Source: a virus (taxonomy: Duplodnaviria; Heunggongvirae; Uroviricota; Caudoviricetes). Taken from it: a stretch of 41,644 nt of DNA. The DNA is taken from IMG/VR virus record IMGVR_UViG_2617271072_000007. One strand, 5' to 3'. Numbering within the stretch: the first letter of the stretch is position 1; the number at the start of each line of letters is the position of its first letter. Under the pieces are notes generated by a model. It had not been told where the DNA came from and did not search any database. It saw only the letters and a list, made by a program, of their open reading frames with translations. The translations under genes and the position numbers were made by a program. Shown here piece after piece: positions 29,506 to 39,775 of this stretch.

Positions 29506-29655
29506 ATGAAACCTGAACACATCCATCGACTGACGGGGCGCGATGTTCTCCGTTATCGCCGTAAAAACTTCGATTTGATGACCGGTCTGGCCGTTGCCAC
29601 TGCGCTCGGTCTGATCATCACTTTCATTCTCCTTGTAGCGAGGACCACAGTATGA
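29506..29655 (+). CDS. small membrane peptide (49 aa); not in the ORF track
   Basis: RBS AAGGAA, Arg-rich N-terminus, C-terminal helix LAVATALGLIITFILLV; stop overlaps the next ATG (ATGA). Confidence 0.4.
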   Translation: MKPEHIHRLTGRDVLRYRRKNFDLMTGLAVATALGLIITFILLVARTTV

Positions 29656-30554
29656 GTTTAGAAACCAGTCTCGAACTTAATAATCAACTTCTGGCACAAC
29701 ATAATGCGCTGCTTGAACGTCTTATCCGCACAATGGCATCAGGTATTGTTATGCATCCTGACACGATTTCACGAGTGCAGGAATGTCGGGATACAGCAAC
29801 TGAAGCTGAAAACATGTCAGCGGCAATGACACTGGATGATCTGGAGTTCAGCGACGTTATCGCACTGGCTGGTTTCTACCCGGTAGCCACCCCTATCACA
29901 GAAGACATGCTGCAACGTGCTGTTGCCTACCGTGATGCTGAAGGCGATAAACGAGTAGTTCAGATTGATGCTCTCGACAGCGCATTACAGGGCGTCAAAC
30001 GAGCCAGGGCGCTGCTTAAACCTGCTCTCCTGGACCTGTCCCGTAACATTCTTAAGTTCTGGGACGACCTGCCAACCATCGGCGAGCGACGTGCTTTTGC
30101 CGAGCAGCTACTTGATGCACCTGCAGATGGGCGTGATGAAGTTAAGCCGAAAAAGGCCAGTAACAAAGATGGAGAACGCACGGGGCCGTTTTACGTCAAA
30201 AATGTATCCGGCACAGCAGCCAGTGAACTCCACACCTTACGCAAGTTGAACGAGATGCTTAAAAAAGGCCATATCGAGATCAACCGTGTTGAGTACCTTC
30301 AGCTGCAGGAAGAATTTGCACGCAAAGACGCAGCAAATTCCAGCCAGAATAATGACGCCAAAGATGACCATACAATTGATTTCGCGGCACTACGCAAACA
30401 AGCTGAAGGGTTGATCCTCCAGTTAGCAAAAGGGGGTTACCGGGCAGAAGCTATTGCAATTCTGGAAAAACAGGGAGCCAGGAAACTTGGTGAAGTAACG
30501 GATGAAAATCTCGCTGAAGTAATCACCCTGGCTGAAAAAGCACTGGAGGGTTAA
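29652..30554 (+). CDS. hypothetical early protein
   Basis: 300 aa, translationally coupled to neighbours, no motif recognised. Confidence 0.55.
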   Translation: MSLETSLELNNQLLAQHNALLERLIRTMASGIVMHPDTISRVQECRDTATEAENMSAAMTLDDLEFSDVIALAGFYPVATPITEDMLQRAVAYRDAEGDKRVVQIDALDSALQGVKRARALLKPALLDLSRNILKFWDDLPTIGERRAFAEQLLDAPADGRDEVKPKKASNKDGERTGPFYVKNVSGTAASELHTLRKLNEMLKKGHIEINRVEYLQLQEEFARKDAANSSQNNDAKDDHTIDFAALRKQAEGLILQLAKGGYRAEAIAILEKQGARKLGEVTDENLAEVITLAEKALEG

Positions 30555-30556
30555 TT

Positions 30557-31858
30557 ATGCCAGACGTTCATGCACGACTTTCCCCGTCATCGGCGCATCG
30601 ATGGATGCGCTGCCCAGGAAGTCTGGCGCTGGAGGCCACACAACCGGATAAAGAAACAACTTTTGCAATCGAGGGCACTGCAGCGCACGCGCTTGCTGAA
30701 AAAGTTCTACGAAACAGGCAAAGCCACCCGGAACACTACGCCGGATGCAATGTTTCTATGTTTCTCGGCTCATACCCCCTTCGCGAAAATCCTGATGATA
30801 CATCTGGCCCACAGGTGGATGATGAAATGGTCGAAGCCGTTGGCCGGTATGTTGATACGGTCTGGACTCTTGCACAGAATAATGAACTATTGGTTGAACA
30901 ACGTGTTGATTTCTCACATATAACGGGTGTGGAAGAATCTTTCGGAACTGCCGACGGCATAATCATCGCGGGTAACGAATTACAAATCCACGACCTGAAA
31001 TATGGCAAAGGCGTCCGCATTGATGCAGAACAAAATGAGCAACTACAACTGTATGCTCTGGGTGCGCTCGAACAATTCAGCATGCTGTATGACTTTGAGA
31101 CTGTAAGATTATTTATTCACCAGCCAAGGCTCAACCACGTTTCAGAATGGTCGTTAACCGTACAGGAACTTCAGTCTTTCGGTGAACGGGCACTGGAGGC
31201 CGCAACCAGTGCGATCCTTGTTCTCAATATTGCTGAATGCGAAGGCATTGAGACACTACCGCTGGAAAACTTCATACCTGGAGAAAAACAGTGCCGCTTC
31301 TGTAAAGCAAAAGCTATTTGCACTGCCCAGAAAATGCAGCATTTACAAACAGCGGCCAGCGACTTTGAAGATCTGACAAAGCCTGTCAGCGAAATAATCA
31401 CCAATGCCAGCGCACGTGTACCTCTGTTAACCATTGAGCAGCTTGCGGAGATCTATAGCCAGGCCGACTTTATTGAATCCTGGCTAAAGGCAGTACGGGA
31501 CCGGGTTCATAATGAACTCAATGCCGGACATCCGGTACCGGGGTTTAAACTGGTAACAGGAAAACAAGGTAACCGGGCCTGGAGTGATGAAGAGGCAGCT
31601 CGCGCACTTCTGAAGGACCAGTTCAGGTACAAAACTGAAGAAGTATTCGACTTTAAACTTATTAGTCCCACAAAAGCCGAAAAACTTATCAAAAAGGCCA
31701 GTCCGCGCCGTTGGTCAAAAGTCGAGGCACTGATAACACGAGCTGATGGTAAACCCACCGTCGTTCCCGAGTCAGACCCACGCCCCGCACTCAATATCAA
31801 CCCTGTAAATGATTTCGACGACGTATCCGACGATACGCTAACCGCAGACCTCATCTGA
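30557..31858 (+). CDS. PD-(D/E)xK nuclease, DUF2800 / Cas4-like
   Basis: 433 aa; ADGIII ... IHDLKYGK nuclease motif and Cys cluster [10 protein letters not shown]. Confidence 0.7.
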   Translation: MPDVHARLSPSSAHRWMRCPGSLALEATQPDKETTFAIEGTAAHALAEKVLRNRQSHPEHYAGCNVSMFLGSYPLRENPDDTSGPQVDDEMVEAVGRYVDTVWTLAQNNELLVEQRVDFSHITGVEESFGTADGIIIAGNELQIHDLKYGKGVRIDAEQNEQLQLYALGALEQFSMLYDFETVRLFIHQPRLNHVSEWSLTVQELQSFGERALEAATSAILVLNIAECEGIETLPLENFIPGEKQCRFCKAKAICTAQKMQHLQTAASDFEDLTKPVSEIITNASARVPLLTIEQLAEIYSQADFIESWLKAVRDRVHNELNAGHPVPGFKLVTGKQGNRAWSDEEAARALLKDQFRYKTEEVFDFKLISPTKAEKLIKKASPRRWSKVEALITRADGKPTVVPESDPRPALNINPVNDFDDVSDDTLTADLI

Positions 31859-31873
31859 TTTAAGGAAATACCC

Positions 31874-32422
31874 ATGAAACTGAAGCTGAACAATGTTCGT
31901 CTGGCCTTCCCGTCTCTGTTTGAAGCTAAAACTGTAAACGGCGAAGGCGATCCGCGTTTCTCCGCAGTATTTTTAATGTCTCCCAAACACCCACAACTGG
32001 AAGAAATCCGTAAAGCTATGAAGCAGGTAGCGAAGGAAAAATGGGGGGAGAAGTGGGAGTCCATTTATAACCAGCTGGAGAAAAAACTCAATCTGTGCCT
32101 GCATGATGGTGATGAAAAAGCAGAGTATGAAGGCTTTCCCGGCAATTTCTTCCTGAACGCTGCTAACAAAGCGCGCCCAGCTGTTCTTGATCGCGATCGT
32201 TCGCCACTAATTCAGGCTGATGGACGTCCCTATGCAGGGTGCTATGTAAACGCCGTTATCGATATCTGGGCACAGGACAATAATTTCGGTAAACGCATTA
32301 ATGCCTCACTCGGCGGAGTCCAGTTCCTGCGAGACGGCGATGCATTCGCTGGCGGCGGAGTGGCAAGCGCTGACGATTTCGACGATATCAGCGAAGGCGC
32401 TGATGCTGAAGCACTAATTTAA
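31874..32422 (+). CDS. DUF2815-like protein (ssDNA-binding-type partner of DUF2800)
   Basis: 182 aa, N-terminus MKLKLNNVRLAFPSLFEAK, acidic C-terminus. Confidence 0.65.
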   Translation: MKLKLNNVRLAFPSLFEAKTVNGEGDPRFSAVFLMSPKHPQLEEIRKAMKQVAKEKWGEKWESIYNQLEKKLNLCLHDGDEKAEYEGFPGNFFLNAANKARPAVLDRDRSPLIQADGRPYAGCYVNAVIDIWAQDNNFGKRINASLGGVQFLRDGDAFAGGGVASADDFDDISEGADAEALI

Positions 32423-32474
32423 AAAATATTCATCCCCCAGCTACGTGCTGGGGTATCTCATGAGGGAAAGTATA

Positions 32475-33116
32475 ATGTCACAGCCCGTATTAACTAATCA
32501 CCTTAAAACTCAAATCATCAATAACGCACTTGAGAAAGCGGGTATTCCCAAACGTAAATCAGCACTACGAGCTACTCGTGTTGAATGGGCCGAACGTGTT
32601 CGGCTTGCAGCTATCGGGGGCGTAGAGAAAGAAGCTGAAATATTAAAAAATATAAAAAGATTGAATCCATGGTCACAAAAATCCTCTGATTCATTAAAAA
32701 CCAATAGTTCTTTAATTCGAAAAGATTGCTGCATATATCTCAATCTGGCTGGAGCCAGAGCAAACATTTATTTCAATGGCAACTACAGAGGTTATGAATC
32801 AGGAGCCCCCGAGCATATTAATAAAATAGCACCTGCAGAATTTACTCTACTTGGCGAAGATCCTCTGGTAACGGAGTTTTATAGCTTTGATGCTCTCTAC
32901 ACACAAATTAAAAGTGATGAAACCGAAATCATACAGAACGTCAGCGCGGCTCTAAATAAAGTTCGGACAGTAAAACGATTACTGGATGTATGGCCCGAAG
33001 CTAAAGAACTGCTTCCAACAGACGCACCGCCAGTCCCTTTAGCACCAGCAGTACATCGAGAGACATTAAATGAAATGATAGGCCTTCCTACCAATACAGT
33101 GTCTGATACTCAATAA
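32475..33116 (+). CDS. hypothetical protein, AT-rich
   Basis: 213 aa from MSQPVLT with RBS GAGGGA; track ORF 32445..33116 starts at an upstream GTG. Confidence 0.5.
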   Translation: MSQPVLTNHLKTQIINNALEKAGIPKRKSALRATRVEWAERVRLAAIGGVEKEAEILKNIKRLNPWSQKSSDSLKTNSSLIRKDCCIYLNLAGARANIYFNGNYRGYESGAPEHINKIAPAEFTLLGEDPLVTEFYSFDALYTQIKSDETEIIQNVSAALNKVRTVKRLLDVWPEAKELLPTDAPPVPLAPAVHRETLNEMIGLPTNTVSDTQ

Positions 33117-33799
33117 CAAGGGGGATGCTTATTATATGATTTTGAACGTTTTACAATCTCGTTAAGAGGCGTGAAATCAAAATCTCTGAATAACACATCA
33201 GGATACTTCGCTCTTGCTTTATCCAGCAGACCAGTTAAAGTATTTTTTGTGTTACCCAACATTGTATTAACCGCCACTACATGTCTAATTTCTGGAGGTT
33301 TATCTATACCACCAGAAATTGCTTCATTAAGAACCGACGCCAGTGGGGTTTGTCCCTTACTTGTTGAATCCCACAGCGTCATTAACAGACGAGCTGCGTC
33401 TATAAATAGCTTTTTGTCAGCATTTGGCTTGACAGTAATACCAGAACTACCTGAGCCAGAACCGGAACGTTCTATTGCTGCACTGGTATCCGATTTCATA
33501 GGATTAAATAACGGCAGCTCTGTACAACCGATACGCCGAATGAAATCCTTTGCAACATCTCTACCACAGAAAAAAGCCCCTGTACAATTTTCATCAGAGC
33601 GTTTTTTAAATGAAAAACAATAGTACTGATCGGTTAACGGATAACCGGAATAACTGGTTTTAGTTTGTCCAGTAATAAGTTTCAGGTGTGCAACAGGCTG
33701 AATAATAAAATCCCGAACTATCGCATCTTTTATGTCGTTACCACGGTGACAATAATATTCAGGTAATCCATTAGGCTGTCTCTTATTACCCACAGTCAT
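33110..33799 (-). CDS. hypothetical two-domain protein, AT-rich, antisense to the operon
   Basis: 229 aa; Cys/His-rich N-domain, SGSGSGSSG linker, C-domain; convergent 7-nt overlap with the preceding gene. Confidence 0.55.
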   Translation of the reverse strand: MTVGNKRQPNGLPEYYCHRGNDIKDAIVRDFIIQPVAHLKLITGQTKTSYSGYPLTDQYYCFSFKKRSDENCTGAFFCGRDVAKDFIRRIGCTELPLFNPMKSDTSAAIERSGSGSGSSGITVKPNADKKLFIDAARLLMTLWDSTSKGQTPLASVLNEAISGGIDKPPEIRHVVAVNTMLGNTKNTLTGLLDKARAKYPDVLFRDFDFTPLNEIVKRSKSYNKHPPCY

Positions 33800-33860
33800 T
33801 AGTTGTCTCCTTTAATTCATGATATCTAGCATTTAACCATATACCATATGAGGATATTTT

Positions 33861-35924
33861 ATGTCCAATATACTATGGGGCGACCTGGAAACCTATTGTG
33901 ACATTCCGATCAACAACGGTACCCATGCGTATGCCGAAGGCGTTGAAGTGATGCTTTTCGCATGGGCTATCAACGACGGGCCAGTAAACGTGTGGGATAT
34001 CACTGCCGGTGGTGGTATTCCACACGGCTTATACGAAGCAATCGCAGACCCTGAAACCCTGCTTTATTTCCATAACTCTCACTTCGACCGCACCGTTCTG
34101 CGTTATGCAATGCCGCGACTGGCACCGCCAGTCGAACGTTGGCGCGACACGATGGTGCAGGCGCTGGCGCACGGTCTCCCGGGGTCTCTGGGGGAACTCT
34201 GCGAAGTACTAGGCGTCCCGCAAGACAAAGCGAAGGACAAAGAAGGTAAAGCGCTGATCCAGCTGTTCTGTAAGCCACGCCCGAAAAACAGCAAACTGCG
34301 TCGGGCCACCAGTAAAACCCACCCGGAAGAATGGCGGCGCTTTGTTGCTTACGCCGGACTGGATATCGAGGCAATGCGCGAAGTCTATAAACGTCTGCCG
34401 AAGTGGAATTATCAGGGGACAGAACTGGCGCTCTGGCATCGTGATCAGCAGATCAATGACCGGGGCGTCTGCATGGACATGCAACTCGCACGCGCTGCGA
34501 TCGAAGCGGTAGACCAGGAACAAAAGCGCCTGGCAAAGCGTACACAGGAAATGACTGATGGCGAAGTGCAGGCAGCCACACAACGAGACACGTTGATTAA
34601 GCACATTGTTGAATCCTACGGTGTGGAGCTACCAGACATGCAACGCAGTACTCTGGAACGTCGTATTGCCGACCCCGATTTACCATCTGCCGTGAAAGAA
34701 CTGCTGGCTATCCGACTGCAGGCCAGTACTACCAGCACCAGTAAATACAAGGCACTGATGAAAGGCGTAAGCCACGACGGGCGCTTACGCGGTACGCTAC
34801 AGTTCTGCGGGGCGTCACGTACCGGTCGTTGGGCCGGACGGCTATTCCAGCCCCAGAATCTTCCCCGCCCTTCACTAAAACAGGAACAAATAGACGAAGG
34901 CATCGAAGCACTGAAAGCCGGATGTGCAGACCTGCTGTTTGACAATATCATGGAACTAACCAGTTCAGCGTTACGTGGCTGCATTATCGCGCCAACAGGC
35001 AAAAAACTGGTGGTAAGTGACTTGTCGAACATTGAAGGCCGTATGCTGGCATGGCTGGCAGGAGAAGAATGGAAACTGAATGCATTCAGAGAGTACGACG
35101 CCGGAACGGGTTCGGACTTATATAAACTGGCGTATGCAAAAGCTTTCGATATTGCACCAGATGATGTTGATAAACACATGCGTCAGATCGGTAAAGTCAT
35201 GGAGCTCGGTCTGGGTTATGGTGGTGGTGTATCGGCTTTCATCACTTTTGCGCTGGTTTACGGTCTCGATCTCGACGAGCTGGCGAACGCCGCACTGCCA
35301 AACATTCCCCGCGATGTTATCCGCGAGGCGAAAAGCTGGTACGACGAATCGGTTAAACGCAAGTCAACCTACGGGCTTTCTGAACGGGTATTTATCGCCT
35401 GCGACTCACTTAAACGTCTCTGGCGCAGGGCGCACCCGGCGACCTGCGATTTCTGGTACGAACTGGAGCGCACCGTCCGCACAGCAATCGCCACACCGCA
35501 AAAAACATTGTATTGCGGCTATCTTAAAATCCGACGTGATGGCGCGTGGCTGCGCATACAGCTACCATCCGGACGCGCTGTATGCTACCCGTCTCCGGTT
35601 ATCGAAAAAGGGAATATCACCTACATGGGTGTTAACTCTTATTCGCGTAAATGGCAACGACTCAAAACCTACGGCGGAAAGCTGGTGGAGAACGTCACCC
35701 AGGCAGCCGCCCGCGACGTTCTGGCCGGAAACATGCCGCTTATCGAAGATGCCGGTTACAGCATTGTGTTGACGGTACACGACGAGGTGATCACCGAAGC
35801 ACCTGACACAGAAGATTTCAACGATAAAGCGCTTTCCGCGCTTCTCTCCACTAACCCCGAATGGGCACCCGATATTCCGCTGAATGCTGGCGGCTTTGAG
35901 GCGTACCACTACCGTAAGGAGTAA
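33861..35924 (+). CDS. family-A DNA polymerase with 3'-5' exonuclease domain
   Basis: 687 aa; DLETY exonuclease motif, [11 protein letters not shown] (motif A), [12 protein letters not shown] (motif B), VHDEV (motif C). Confidence 0.9.
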   Translation: MSNILWGDLETYCDIPINNGTHAYAEGVEVMLFAWAINDGPVNVWDITAGGGIPHGLYEAIADPETLLYFHNSHFDRTVLRYAMPRLAPPVERWRDTMVQALAHGLPGSLGELCEVLGVPQDKAKDKEGKALIQLFCKPRPKNSKLRRATSKTHPEEWRRFVAYAGLDIEAMREVYKRLPKWNYQGTELALWHRDQQINDRGVCMDMQLARAAIEAVDQEQKRLAKRTQEMTDGEVQAATQRDTLIKHIVESYGVELPDMQRSTLERRIADPDLPSAVKELLAIRLQASTTSTSKYKALMKGVSHDGRLRGTLQFCGASRTGRWAGRLFQPQNLPRPSLKQEQIDEGIEALKAGCADLLFDNIMELTSSALRGCIIAPTGKKLVVSDLSNIEGRMLAWLAGEEWKLNAFREYDAGTGSDLYKLAYAKAFDIAPDDVDKHMRQIGKVMELGLGYGGGVSAFITFALVYGLDLDELANAALPNIPRDVIREAKSWYDESVKRKSTYGLSERVFIACDSLKRLWRRAHPATCDFWYELERTVRTAIATPQKTLYCGYLKIRRDGAWLRIQLPSGRAVCYPSPVIEKGNITYMGVNSYSRKWQRLKTYGGKLVENVTQAAARDVLAGNMPLIEDAGYSIVLTVHDEVITEAPDTEDFNDKALSALLSTNPEWAPDIPLNAGGFEAYHYRKE

Positions 35925-35931
35925 TACAAAG

Positions 35932-36960
35932 TCACTTAAAATCCCTAGATAACATCTGCGAAGCAGCTGATGCTGTATAAACTCCAGTATGTTTTATTTC
36001 TGCAGCTATTTTGTAGCCATCCTCCTTAAACTGCGTAAGCATTGAGCTTAAGGAACCAAGTTTTTTAGTATTCAACACCATTCTAACGACAGTTCCTTCA
36101 TGATAATGACCTAACTCTATATGCTTCTTTCCGTGTTCATCTAGATATATTGCATGGTCACCGCTACAAATAAGAAAACTACCGCCAAGTTTACATATAC
36201 GGCTGATCATATAAAGGCCAAATCCCGAATTATGCCAAGGATTTCTTGTATTGATTCTCGCCCCCTTAAAATTTTTACTAGAAATAGATGGCATTAACGC
36301 TAACTGAATGGCTTCAGAATCATTATCAGCTTCTATATAAGGGTTCTTCGATAGAGATTTTTTCATTCCTATACCATTATCAGAAATTGTTATTTCAACA
36401 CGGTCATAAGAAGGCCAATACTGTGCACAATATTCAATCACCTTTGAATCACTATGTTCCACAACATTACGCATAATTTCCCTAATAGAAAATGTCAAAG
36501 CATCAATGAGGTCGCCTTCTTCTTGGCGAGCAAGAATCTTTGCTAATTTACCAGATCGTTCCTCAACTATCTCTTGCACCTCAGTATATTTATCGTTAGC
36601 TTCATCTATAACTGTTTGAACACGAAGAATTGTAAATGGAACAAAATTATTATTTCCATCTGTACATCCCGGTTCACGGCCATGCTTTAACCCGAAGGCT
36701 CGAAAGAATGCCATATTTGCGGCATAATCCTTATTCTCATGCCCGCTACAAAAAAGTTTAAAACCATCAATGTTCTTTTTCTGTTTTCGATGGAAGTCTC
36801 GAATATGCTTAGCAACATAAACCATTGTAAATGGTTCAATCCTTCCCATATGCGAAAAATCGATTGTTATTTGCTGTTGACCTGAATGTTTTTCAATTTC
36901 ATTGCAAAAATTAAATATCTTTTCAGGATTACATGAAGAGGGAAATAAGATTCGTGACAT
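35932..36960 (-). CDS. GHKL-type (histidine-kinase-like) ATPase with unknown N-terminal domain; cargo gene
   Basis: 342 aa; N-box NVVEHSDS, G1 DNGIGM, G2 GFGLYM; AT-rich; opposite strand to the operon. Confidence 0.65.
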   Translation of the reverse strand: MSRILFPSSCNPEKIFNFCNEIEKHSGQQQITIDFSHMGRIEPFTMVYVAKHIRDFHRKQKKNIDGFKLFCSGHENKDYAANMAFFRAFGLKHGREPGCTDGNNNFVPFTILRVQTVIDEANDKYTEVQEIVEERSGKLAKILARQEEGDLIDALTFSIREIMRNVVEHSDSKVIEYCAQYWPSYDRVEITISDNGIGMKKSLSKNPYIEADNDSEAIQLALMPSISSKNFKGARINTRNPWHNSGFGLYMISRICKLGGSFLICSGDHAIYLDEHGKKHIELGHYHEGTVVRMVLNTKKLGSLSSMLTQFKEDGYKIAAEIKHTGVYTASAASQMLSRDFK

Positions 36961-37020
36961 ATTAATTCCTTATACTTGTTTTATTTGATACTACCCAATA
37001 AGTGTTAACAAGGCAAATTT

Positions 37021-37308
37021 ATGTCTTATGAACGTGAGAGCCTTATCGAAAAGCACCTCGTCGCTGAAGTGAAAAAGGCTGGCGGTGTGGCCTTTAAGTT
37101 CGTATCTCCCGGTCGCCGCTCGGTACCGGATCGCATTGTTCTGCTACCCGGCGGCCGTCTTGTTTTCGTTGAATGCAAAGCACCCGGCAAAGCACCACGC
37201 GCCGACCAGTTGCGCGAGCACGAGCGGCTGCGCGAGCTGGGCTTTACCGTGGTGGTGCTGGATAGCAAAAATCTGGAGGAAATTATTTTAAGCCGCAATA
37301 AAAGATAA
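37021..37308 (+). CDS. VRR-NUC nuclease
   Basis: 95 aa; PDRIVLLPGG ... FVECK PD-(D/E)xK core; GC-rich. Confidence 0.75.
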   Translation: MSYERESLIEKHLVAEVKKAGGVAFKFVSPGRRSVPDRIVLLPGGRLVFVECKAPGKAPRADQLREHERLRELGFTVVVLDSKNLEEIILSRNKR

Positions 37309-37320
37309 AAGACTTATGCT

Positions 37321-37905
37321 TTAATCCGTATTTTTAACACGTGTTTCGAAACACTCTTTTAATTTAGCTATTTCCTTTTTAGAGGACATAACTGTGAATT
37401 TCATCCCTTTTAAATCATTAACAAATTCAAATTTTGCGCTATTGGACTCACAATCACCAACAACAAAACCACTACCAAATGAATTGAGCAACACTTTAGT
37501 ATTACTACCATCTACCATATAATATTCGTTATTTTTAAATGCAGTAACCTTCCCGAAGGTATAGCTCAATATCAATAATGTCATCACCCCTAAAGGAAAA
37601 GCTGATTTTAGGATTTTTAAATCGATATAATAAAATACGTCTTTATACTCTGCAAGCCTCCCAAACTTTCTAATGCTATCCATATGATGTTCGTGTCTCT
37701 TACTATGGATTGACGCGGACACCGCATTGTGGTAATTCAACAAAAGCAGAGCAAATAATAAAATATCTCCAACACTCATCACAGAGGTTTCGGAGAAATA
37801 ACCAAAAGGCCAATGAAATCCTATTATGTAAAAATTAGGTATTAGCATAACCACTATAAATATAATAAATGGAACATAATATTTCCCTTTCAAATCAAAC
37901 ATCAA
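37321..37905 (-). CDS. membrane protein, AT-rich cargo
   Basis: 194 aa; three N-terminal hydrophobic helices plus about 80-aa soluble domain; likely ATG at 37902. Confidence 0.6.
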   Translation of the reverse strand: MMFDLKGKYYVPFIIFIVVMLIPNFYIIGFHWPFGYFSETSVMSVGDILLFALLLLNYHNAVSASIHSKRHEHHMDSIRKFGRLAEYKDVFYYIDLKILKSAFPLGVMTLLILSYTFGKVTAFKNNEYYMVDGSNTKVLLNSFGSGFVVGDCESNSAKFEFVNDLKGMKFTVMSSKKEIAKLKECFETRVKNTD

Positions 37906-38183
37906 TGTCGCGTATAAGGCACCGAGAAATAAAAACTAAAAAACAAAAGCCATACAGCCGAATACAATAGCGTATTTAAATCTATTTTAATAAAAAAGGG
38001 CTGGATAGCCATAATACGATGCAACACCTTTCTGAAAAGAATATGCCATCGCATAAGCTAAACGCTGAAAAAACAGTTAATAAAGAAACTTGTTTTGTAA
38101 GTATTTTTGCCAGGGGCATACCCGCCTCCGTTAGTTATATATATAGAGAGAGAATTGACACATATTCTACCATAGGTGTATTA

Positions 38184-39578
38184 ATGAATAACATATTCCA
38201 CCCCCGACTTTATCAAAACCTCATAATCAATCACCAAACCGACATTCTGCGCGGCAACATCTGGGCAGGGATGGGGATGGGTAAAACCGTAGCGACACTC
38301 ACCACGCTGGAAGATCTTTTCATGGCTGGAGCAGAAACACACCCCGCGCTGGTCCTCGCGCCGCTACGCGTTGCAGCAAGCACCTGGCCTGATGAAGCTG
38401 TTAAATGGGGGCATCTGCGTAATATTGAGGTACAGCCGATCATCGGTAACGCCAAAGCGCGCTCTACGGCGCTGGCGAACAGCAACGCGAGCGTGTTCAC
38501 CATCAACTACGATAACCTTGTCTGGCTGGTTGAAGAATTGGGAGAACGATGGCCGTTCGGAACTGTCATTCCAGATGAAAGCACCCGGCTAAAATCCTTC
38601 CGGCTGCGAGGTGGTGGTAAGCGCGCGGCGGCGCTGGGCAAAGTGGCGCATAAGTATGTCCGGCGCTGGATAAATCTCACCGGTACGCCAGCACCGAACG
38701 GCCTGGTAGATTTGTGGGGACAATCGTGGTTTGTGGACCAAGGGCAACGTCTCGGGCGCACTTACGGCGCGTTTACCTCACGCTGGTTCAACTCGATACA
38801 GTTTCCGGGACAGAGCTGGACTAAACTGGAACCTTTTGCTCACTCACAGGGTGAAATACAGCGAGCATTAGCCGATGTGACCCTCTCGCTGGATGCGGCC
38901 GACTGGTTCGATATCAAAGACCCCATCCATAACGTAATCCGCGTGGATATGCCCCCGAAGGCCCGTCAGCAGTATCGTGAAATGGAAAAGGAAATGTTCC
39001 TCGAGCTGAATGGCGAAGGCATCGAAGCACCGAACGCCGCGGCAAAGACACTGAAGTGTCTTCAAATCGCTAGTGGTGCAGTATACACAGACGACACCGG
39101 AAGTTGGTCAGAACTGCATGACACCAAACTACAGGCGCTGGACAGCATACTGACCGAAGCAGCTGGCGCACCTGTGCTGGTTGCTTATCACTGGAAACAC
39201 GATCTTGAACGCTTGCTTAAAGCATTCCCTCGCGGTCGTCACCTCGACCAGGATCCACAGACACTGCGCGACTGGAATTCCGGAAAGATTCCTGTTCTCT
39301 TTGCACACCCAGCCAGCGCGGGCCACGGCCTGAACATGCAGGACGGCGGAAATATACTGGTATTTTTCTCACACTGGTGGGACCTGGAGCAATATCAGCA
39401 AATTATTGAACGTATCGGCCCCACCAGGCAGATACAGGCCGGACACAATCGTCCGGTATTTATTCACCACATTATTGCTGCCGACACTATGGACGAAATG
39501 GTGATGGAGCGGCGCAACTCAAAACGAACAGTGCAGGACATCCTGCTCGATGCCATGAAAAAGAGAGGTATAGCATGA
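38184..39578 (+). CDS. SNF2-family helicase
   Basis: Walker A GMGKT, DExx box VIPDEST; start MNNIFHPRLYQ; the 38019 upstream extension is unlikely to be real. Confidence 0.85.
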   Translation: MNNIFHPRLYQNLIINHQTDILRGNIWAGMGMGKTVATLTTLEDLFMAGAETHPALVLAPLRVAASTWPDEAVKWGHLRNIEVQPIIGNAKARSTALANSNASVFTINYDNLVWLVEELGERWPFGTVIPDESTRLKSFRLRGGGKRAAALGKVAHKYVRRWINLTGTPAPNGLVDLWGQSWFVDQGQRLGRTYGAFTSRWFNSIQFPGQSWTKLEPFAHSQGEIQRALADVTLSLDAADWFDIKDPIHNVIRVDMPPKARQQYREMEKEMFLELNGEGIEAPNAAAKTLKCLQIASGAVYTDDTGSWSELHDTKLQALDSILTEAAGAPVLVAYHWKHDLERLLKAFPRGRHLDQDPQTLRDWNSGKIPVLFAHPASAGHGLNMQDGGNILVFFSHWWDLEQYQQIIERIGPTRQIQAGHNRPVFIHHIIAADTMDEMVMERRNSKRTVQDILLDAMKKRGIA

Positions 39579-39775
39579 GCGAGAAACCCGACGATTTACT
39601 CACCCCGGATGAAGTATGCCAAAAGTTAGGTATTACACAGAAAACGCTATGTGAGTGGAATATTAAGCATCGTCATCGGGCTATCCTGGCACCAATTCGT
39701 TTCAGTGCAAAAGTAGTTCGTTATGAGCGCCGCAATGTCGACGCTTTTATTCAAAAGTGTCGCAGCCGGTATTAA
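39575..39775 (+). CDS. xis: AlpA/Xis-type excisionase or DNA-binding regulator
   Basis: 66 aa HTH; start overlaps the SNF2 stop; convergent with the integrase. Confidence 0.7.
   Translation: MSEKPDDLLTPDEVCQKLGITQKTLCEWNIKHRHRAILAPIRFSAKVVRYERRNVDAFIQKCRSRY

Noticed and set aside
32433-32451. Perfect 7-bp hairpin CCCCAGC-TACGT-GCTGGGG after the DUF2815 gene considered as a terminator
   Set aside because: No U tract follows on either strand and it sits in the RBS region of the next gene; it may be a processing or regulatory stem but not a clear intrinsic terminator.
38019-38183. N-terminal extension of the SNF2 helicase ORF given by the track
   Set aside because: The extension is AT-rich with no RBS and no helicase-like sequence; the conserved protein begins at MNNIFHPRLYQ (38184).
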